A stretch of DNA of 64,000 bases from the human T2T-CHM13v2.0 reference genome, Homo sapiens. Position 1 is the first letter of the stretch. The number at the start of each line of letters is the position of its first letter. The notes under the pieces are model-generated. The model saw only the letters and a list, made by a program, of their open reading frames with translations, searched no databases and was not told the origin of the DNA. Positions 56,054 through 64,000 of this stretch are shown piece by piece. The DNA lies in assembly GCF_009914755.1 (NCBI RefSeq), contig NC_060937.1. One strand, given 5' to 3'. The position numbers and the translations under genes are program-made.

Positions 56054-57682
56054 GCTAGTATCAAGCTTTACTAATAATTTAAAGGACACAATTAAGAGTC
56101 ACATGTGAAATAGAGATCTGGGCCATCCATGTGGTTCCCCACATCTTTTCCATTTTAAACATGGACTCTGGCCCATCCAAAGTAACACAGGTGGTCTCTA
56201 AGTAAGGTACATAAGCTATTTTCTCAGCAAGCAAGGAACAGTTAGGTTATTAATTATCTCCATTTTATGATAATTAAGTTAAATCATTACATGGCTTACA
56301 TGATATTCTGCAGGGAAATTTGCTTCATAAATCTATTCATATTTATTATATGTAATCCTAAAACAGAGACACCTTGATAAGAGCATTCTACTGATAAGGA
56401 ATCTCTTCCAAGCCATTATCATTAGTTATCATTATCAGCATGTTTAAAAGTAAAGTAGACTAGATTACCTGCATTCTTTCTTTGGGAACATCACTTGGTA
56501 ATGAGAGGAAAATGAATCACAAGCCAGATGCTTTAACTACTGTTTCTACAGTCACTATGCCAGGTGCCAATGCCGGAAAAGATATAATCAAAGATAAAAC
56601 TTCTGTACTTGAGGAGCTCACAGTACTAGTGAAAGTAGGTAAGGGAATTAATTATCAAAGTGTGCTACGCTATGGTAAAGAAACTGGACTCAGACATGAA
56701 GTAATGGAAAGCCATTGAAACATCATTTAGTCAAATAGGTTAGGAAGTGGGCATATATGAGGTGGGAAAAATACACTAATAAATTCATTACCATAATACA
56801 GAAGAGAGCTGATGAGTATCCAGAAGAAAGTGGAGAGCATGAAAATGAAGAAGAAGAAACAAACATTTTTACAAATATATAATCTGCCATACTTGGTGAG
56901 GGTTGAATATTCCAGCAATTCTGCACTGAGAAAAAAAAGAAAAAAAAACATATGAAATGGAAGGAGCAGAAAAGAACACAGGCATGTTGTCAGGAGTGGT
57001 ATGTGCCACAGGGTAGTATGTACAGAGAGCTTTGAAAGCACATAAGGAGGACACAGAACACAGTTGCGGAGAGGTAGAAAGGAGCTTGATCAGGTGAAGA
57101 CATAATCTGAGTTGAGTCTAGAAGCATATGTAAGAGTTTACCAGGACAAAAGGAAGGGAGGACACATATGCAAATTCTTAGGGAGTCTAATTGTTTAAAA
57201 TAATCACCTCTTTCTTCCAAAAACTTAATAGTTGTATTGACCATATGTTTTATTAACTTCTCAAATATAAGTAGCTTAATCAAAACCTTCAGGACTGAAT
57301 TTTTATCATAGAAGATATTCTGAAATGATAAATCAACTTTTGAAGAAGATTCTTCTAGTTTTAGAACTTGTTTATAAAATGCCTGTAATTTTTGTTGTGC
57401 AGTTGTGAGCAGTGGATCAATGTTAGCTATTTTTATTTGTTTAATTCTGAAATATTAACAGTGTTGGAACACTATTATTACTTTGAAAGAGCATTATTTA
57501 GATTGTAAAAATTCATGTTTACAAATAAGTTACAGGGTTTATGCCTCACTAAGAATTAACTGCTACAGCAATTGCCTTCCCACCATTAAAAACTAGAAAA
57601 TGAAACAAAATATATGAAAATGATGGCCCCAGTTTACTGCATAGAGGCAGTTTGAGACTGTAGTGAATAGAGAGGCAATTCA

Positions 57683-58705
57683 TTTTTTTTGTTTGTTTTA
57701 GTTTCTGTATATGTTATTTTTGGATTTTTTTCTTTAACCTTTAAGTTCTGAGGTACATGTATAGGATATGCAGATTTCTTACACAGATAAACGTGTGCCA
57801 TGGTGTTTTGCTGCACAAATCAACCCATCACCTAGGTATTAAGCCCAGGATCCATTCGCTATTCCTCCTGATGCTCCTCCTCCCCATTGCCCCCACCGAC
57901 AGGCCCCAGTGTATGTTGTTCCCCCCACCCATCCCCCCATCATATGTCCATGTGTTCTTATTGTTCAGCTGCCACTTATAAGTGAGAACATGTGGTGTTT
58001 GGTTTTCTGTTCTGGAGTTAGTTTACTGAGGATAACAGCTTCCAGATTTATCCATGTTCCTGCAAAGGACATGATCTCATTCCTTTTTAAGGCTGCATAG
58101 TATTACATGGTGTATATGTACCACGTTTTATTTATCCAATCTATCATTGATGGGCATTTGGGTTGATTCCATTGTCTTTACTATAGTGAGTAATGCTGCA
58201 GTGAACATATGCATGCATGTGTCTTTATAATAGAATAATTTATATTCCTTTTGGTATATCCCCACTAATGAGATTGCTTGGTCAAATGGTATTTCTGCTT
58301 CTAGATCTTTGAGGAATCACCACACTGTCTTCTACGATGGCTGAACTAATTTACATTTCCACCAACAGTGTAAAACCATTCCTTTTTCTCTGCATCCTCA
58401 CCAGCGTCTCGTTTCTTGAATTTTTAATAGTAGTCATTCTGACTGGTATAAAATGGTATCTCATTGTGGTTTTGATCTGGATTTCTCTAATGATCAGTGA
58501 TGTTGAGCTTTTTTTTTCGTATGTTTGTTAAGCTGCATGAGTGCCTTCTTTTGAGAAGTATCTTTTTATGTCTTTGCCCACTTTTTAATGGTTTTTTTTT
58601 TTCCTTGCAAATTTGTTTAACTTCCTTGTAGACTCTGGAAAGTAGACCTTTGTTAGATGGACAGATAGCAAAAATTTTCTCCCATTCTATAGGTTGTCTG
58701 TTCAC
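57683..58705 (-). mobile_element. 5'-truncated L1PA (about L1PA10-11)
   Basis: Antisense 3' UTR and ORF2 end; perfect 16-bp TSD atagagaggcaattca (57667-57682, 58706-58721). Confidence 0.95.
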
Positions 58706-58749
58706 ATAGAGAGGCAATTCAAGCAGAACTTAGCAGATGTAAATTGAAT

Positions 58750-61600
58750 TAAACAGAACAAGATTGGATGTGGACAGGCTGACATGTCTAGAATTTTTGT
58801 GGCAGAATACAGAAGAAAAGGAGTGGAGGGACAGGTTTTCAGAGATCCACATAGAACCCTCTGAGTTTCTGGCTAAATCTTTGTCAATACGTGAATGAGA
58901 GGAAATCACTTAAGGCCAGAAAAAAATGACTGGAAAGAGGCATTGTAAACAATCCTCACAGCTTTTACTGTTATGTTCTTACCAGTGAAAGTGGAGATCT
59001 TTTGTAACATATGGGCCACTGAGTAGAGTCCTCAGAAGAGTCGTCTCAGAAGTAAGGCTAAGTTATTCTCAGACTAAATGCCTCTCGGAATGCCATAAGA
59101 AGCTATGAAAAGGTCCAACTAATTAACATGTTTCTTAATCACATGCCAGAACGAAGTTCAACACTCTTAAAAGAAACATAACAAAATCCATCATCTATCC
59201 ATGTAAAATGCACAATTTTCAGCATCAGTCCAAAATTATCACATATGCAACGAAGATTACTCATAACTAGGAGAAAAAAATTAACAAAAATGGATGCATA
59301 AAGATAATAGGATAAAAATAAACACACATTAAAACAGTTAGCATATGTCTTATGAACATGCTCAAGGATATAAAGGAACCAGGAACATAACTAGGAGGGA
59401 AATGGGACATGTAAAAACAACTAAAATGGAATATCTAAAGATGAATAATTCAACATATAAATGAAAAATGCACTAGACTTAACAGGAGATAAATAGTGAA
59501 TTGAGCAGGAATTAGAAATTATTCCAAATGGTGTAAAGAGACAAGACATATTAAAAATATGATCAGAACGTCAATGACCTGTGGGAATATATCAAATGAC
59601 AAAAAAGTTTGCATAACTGGAATTCCAGAAGGAGAAGAAAAAAGAGGAGAAGGTACTTGAATAAATAACAGCCAAAATTTTATAAAACTGTTAAAAACTA
59701 TATTTTCAATCATCTAACAGTGCCAGTGAACCCCAAACAGAAGCATAAATGACATTAAAGCACATCATAATCAAATTGTGCAAATGAGAGATAAAGGGAA
59801 TCCTTAAGGCAGCCAAAAGAAATGGTGCATTATATAAATATGACAAGAAAAGAATTATGGCAATCTTCTAGTCACAAACCATGGAAGCCTGACGAAAACG
59901 GAAAGACTTCCTCAAAATCCTGAGGGGGAAAAAATAAAAACAGAATTCTATGTCCAGCATATATACATATATGTCATTCAACAATGGAGGTGAAATTAAG
60001 ACATTTTTAGATTCAACAAAAGATAAGAATATGTACCTCCAGAATTCTTCCAGCTCTTCTGCACTGCAAGATAAAGTAATACTTCATGAAGACAGAAAAA
60101 AGATACCAGATCAAAGTGTGGATTCACAAAAAATAACGAGCGATGCTAGAAATGGTATATGTGTGAGAAAACATAGAAAAACATCTTTTATTAATCTACC
60201 ATTTAATTTTATCAGCAGTGTGAAAACGAACTAATACAATACATCATGTTTGAAAGCAGGGCAAACTCATAGGCTCCTGGTACAATGAAAGCAATCTCCA
60301 AACCGCATAGATGCAACAATAAAAGCTGAAAACTTTGGTCCCAGAAGACACAACCTCTGATGGTGCTAACAGAACAACTCTAGAAGGCCAGACTGAAAAC
60401 AAAAATGAGGGGGGAAAATGAGCAGAGGCATCACATATTCATGTAACAATAGACCCCCAGAATTGAGGAAGCCAACACTCACAGTGTTGAAGGGAGAAAT
60501 AGACAAAAAAGAGAAGAAAAATTAAAAATAAAACTACAATTAGAAATCAGTAAGAAAGTCATTTGGAAAATTCTCAAATATGTAGAAATGAAACAACATA
60601 TCCCTAAAATGACAAATGAATCAAAGAAGAAATCACAAAGAAGATTAGAAAAATGCTTTTAGATGAATAGAAATTTAAAAACAGCATACCAAAATTTATG
60701 GGGTTAAGATAAAGCAGTGCTCAGAGGGAAATTTATGGTGATAAATGCCTATATTAGAAAAGAAGAAAGAGGCTGGGTGCATTAACTCCCGCCTGTAATC
60801 CTAGCACTTTGGGAGGCAGAGGTGTGTGGATCGCCTGAGTCCAGGAGTTGGAGACAAGACTGCGCAACATGCTGAAACCCTGGCCCTACAAAAAAATGCA
60901 AAAGTTAGCTGGGTGTGGCACACCTATAGTCCCAGCTACTTGGCAGGCTGAGATGGGAGGATTGCTTGAGCCCAGGAGGTTGATGCTGCAGTAATTGAGG
61001 ACCCACTTCACTCCAGTCTGGGTGACAGAGTGAGACCCTGTCTCAAAAAAAAAAAAAATGCTCAAATAACCTATTATTACATTTTAGGAAACTAGATAAG
61101 AGCAAGTGAAACTCAAAGCAAGCAGAAAGAAAGATAAAAATTATAATAAATGAAAGAGCATACAAAAATGCTATAGAAAATAAAAACAAAAGCCAAAAGT
61201 TGATTCTTTCAAAGACCAGCAAAATTGGCAAACTTTTAGCTAAACTAAAGAAGGAAACATCAAGACTTAAATTACTAAATTCAGTAATGAAAGAGGAAAC
61301 ATCCCTACTGACAATAGAGAAATAAAAAGGTTATATGGGAATACTACAAAGAACTATATGCTAACAAACTAGATAACTTATATGATAGGACAAATTACAG
61401 AAAGACAGGAACTACCAAAACTGACCTAAGAATAAATAGAAAATCTGAGTAGACCTATAACAAGTGGAGAAATGAAGTTAGTAACAGTAATAATTTTTAA
61501 AACACTACCCAATAAGAAAAATCGAAGTCCAGAAAGCTTCCCTGGTGATTCTACCAAGCAACTCAAGAATAATTAGTGCTCATTCTTGACAATCTCTTTT
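58750..61600 (+). mobile_element. Old L1M: 5' region, ORF1 remnant and ORF2 N-terminal half
   Basis: ORF1-like cacatcataatcaaattg...ccatggaagcc; ORF2-like gaagggagaaatagacaa, aaagcagtgctcagagggaaatttat, tatgctaacaaactagataactta. Confidence 0.8.
60771..61058 (+). mobile_element. AluJ inserted in old L1
   Basis: ggatcgcctgagtccaggag, gaggattgcttgagcccaggaggttgatgctgcagt, A tail. Confidence 0.92.
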
Positions 61601-61609
61601 AAAAAAAAA

Positions 61610-62452
61610 TAATAACATCATAAAGTGGGCGAAGGATATGAACAGACACTTGTCAAAAGAAGATATTTATGCAGCCAACAAACATGAAAAAAAACTTGTC
61701 ATCACTGGTCATTAGAGAAATGCAAATCAAAACCACAATGAGATACCATCTCACACCAGTTAGAATGGTGATCATTACAAAGTCAGGAAACAACAGTTGC
61801 CGGAGAGGATGTGGAGAAATAGGAACACTTTTACACTGTTGGTGGGACTGTAAACTAGTTCAACCATTGTGGAAGTCAGTGTGGCGATTCCTCAGGGATC
61901 TAGAACTAGAAATACCATTTGACCCAGCAATCCCATTACTGGGTATATACCCAAAGGATTATAAATCATTCTACTGTAAAGACACATGCACTCATATGTT
62001 TATTGTGGCACTGTTCACAATAGCAAAGACTTGGAACCAACCCAAACGCCCATCAATGATAGACTGGATAAAGAAAATGTGGCACATATACACCATGGAA
62101 TACTATGCAGCCATAAAAAAGGATGAATTCATGTCCTTTGCAGGGACATGGATGAAGCTGGAAACCGTCATTCTCAGCAAACTAACACAAGGACAGAAAA
62201 CCAAACACCACATGTTCTCACTCATAAGTGGGAGCTGAACAATGAAAACACATGGACATAGGGAGGGGAACATCACACACCAGGGCCTGTCAGAGGGTGG
62301 GGGGCTAGGGGAGGGATAGCATTAGGAGAAATACCTAATGTAGATGATGGGTTGATGGGTGCAGCAAAACCACCATGGCATATGTATACCTATGTAACAA
62401 ACCTGCACGTTATGCACTTGTACCCCAGAACTTAAAGTATAACAAAAAAAAA
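61610..62452 (+). mobile_element. 5'-truncated L1PA6/7-like 3' end
   Basis: ORF 61669-62238 is an uninterrupted 189-aa ORF2 C-terminus (HCWWDC zinc-knuckle region), followed by 3' UTR and A tail. Confidence 0.93.
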
Positions 62453-62660
62453 TGATGCAATGGACTTTGGGGACCTGGGGGAAAGTGTGGAGAAGACGAG
62501 GGATAATAGACCACAAATAGGGTGCAGTATATACTGCTTGGGTGATGGGTACACCAGAATCTCACAAATCACCACTAAAGAACTTACTCATTTAATCAAA
62601 TACCTCCTGTACCCCAATAACATGAAAAATAAAACGAATTAAAAAATGGAAAAAAAGTAA
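62453..62660 (+). mobile_element. L1PB-type 3' UTR fragment
   Basis: atggactttggggacctgggggaaag...tatactgcttgggtgatgggtacacca...aaatcaccactaaagaacttactcat. Confidence 0.85.
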
Positions 62661-62719
62661 AATCATTGGCTGATCTAAAAAAAGCAACGTTAAAAAATTA
62701 AAAATAAATAAAAATAAAA

Positions 62720-64000
62720 ATCTGAGAGAACACTTCTCAACTCATCCTGTGAGGCCAGTATTATCCTGACACCCAAACTAAAGACATCATAAGTAAAAAA
62801 GCACAATATTGTTTATGAATATAGATGCAAACCTTTTTAATAGTAGCAAACCATACCCCCCAACATACAAAAAGATTATAAAACATGACCAAGTGTAATT
62901 ATCCCAGAAATAAAAGGTTGGTTTCCCATCTGAAAATCAATTAGGGTAATACATCATATTAATAGGATATAGGACAAAAACCGCATGATCGTCTCCATAG
63001 ACACAAAAGCATATCTATCTCCAAAATTCTAAAATTTATATGGAACCACAAAAGACCCAAAATAGCCAAAGCTATCTGAAGCAAAAGAACAAAACTGGAG
63101 GAATCACACTACCTGACTTTACGTTACACTACAGAGCTATAGTAACCAAAACAACATGGTACTGGCATAAAAACAGACTCATAGACCAATGTAACAGTAT
63201 GGAGAAGCCAGAATCCAACACTCTTTCATGATCAAAAAAAGAAAACACTTTAAAAACCAAACATGCAAGGGAACACTCTCAATCTAATAAAGGGTATCTA
63301 TGAAGAAAAACACAACTAACATAATAATCAATAGTATGAAAGATTAAACATATTCTCGCAAATCAAGGACAAAACAGAAATTTTTGTTCTCATCATTTTC
63401 ATTTAACATTGTACTATGGGTTCTAGCCAGAAAAATTAGACAAGAGAAGTAAAAGACATACAGAGCAGTAATGAAGACAGATTAGAAAGGAAGATATAAA
63501 TTTATCTCTATTCACAGTTGGCATATTTTTATATTAAAAAATCTTAAGGATTACAGTAAAAAACTATTAGAATTAATAAGTTTAGCAAGGTTACATGGTA
63601 CAAGATCAATATGCAAAAATCAATTGTATTTTTTTCACACTAGCAATTAACAACTTAAAAATGGAATTAAGAAATCAATTCCAGTTTCAATAGCACCAAA
63701 AAGAAGAAAATACCTATGGAGAAGATATTTATAAAACACAAATATCAGATAAGACTGCTATCCAGAAAATGTAAAGAGCTTTTACAAGTCAATATCAAGA
63801 AAAAAAAATCTGACTTTTTAACAATGGGTAATAAATTGGAAGAAACATTTCATCAAATAAATTACACAAATGGAACAGTCATCATTCAGGGCACATCATA
63901 AGTCAATAGGGAAGTGCAATTTACAACTACAATGAGAAACCACCACACCTACTAGAACAGCTGAAATTACGATGAATGCAGTACCAAGTGTTGGCAGGGA
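62720..64000 (+). mobile_element. Continuation of old L1M ORF2, with an embedded younger L1 ORF2 piece at ~63022-63213
   Basis: gaacacttctcaactcatcctgtgaggccagtattatcctgac resumes the host ORF2; tttatatggaaccacaaaagaccc...ggtactggcataaaaacagac is out of register with it. Confidence 0.8.

Noticed and set aside
61669-62238. Longest ORF (189 aa) as a gene
   Set aside because: It is the L1 ORF2 C-terminus of a 5'-truncated element with no promoter or RT domain. The same applies to ORFs at 8812, 24811 and 31646-32811.

Overview
Primate (human or great-ape-like) AT-rich genomic DNA, not microbial. Bases 1-110 are the end of the last coding exon of glypican-5 (GPC5, + strand, ...DTGSTLDTTGAGCAVATESMTFTLISVVMLLPGIW*, the GPI-anchor signal), followed by its 3' UTR and poly(A) signals (~542, ~879). 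The remaining ~63 kb is gene-poor downstream DNA containing L1 (several ages, two with 5' inversions), Alu, MIR, L2, MaLR LTRs and hAT-type MER elements. The ORF-track entries are L1/Alu remnants or chance ORFs. The most unusual structure is a ~440-bp direct repeat of apparently non-TE DNA (21937-22376 and 25516-25961) with uneven divergence. It brackets an exon-like minus-strand segment and an inverted L1. Other leads are a candidate downstream alternative GPC5 terminal exon, CTCF and HOX/PBX motif sites, nested TE stacks and several short two-copy tandem duplications. I see no convincing novel multi-gene system. Repeat subfamily names come from remembered consensus sequences and need RepeatMasker/Dfam confirmation; boundaries of old repeats are approximate.
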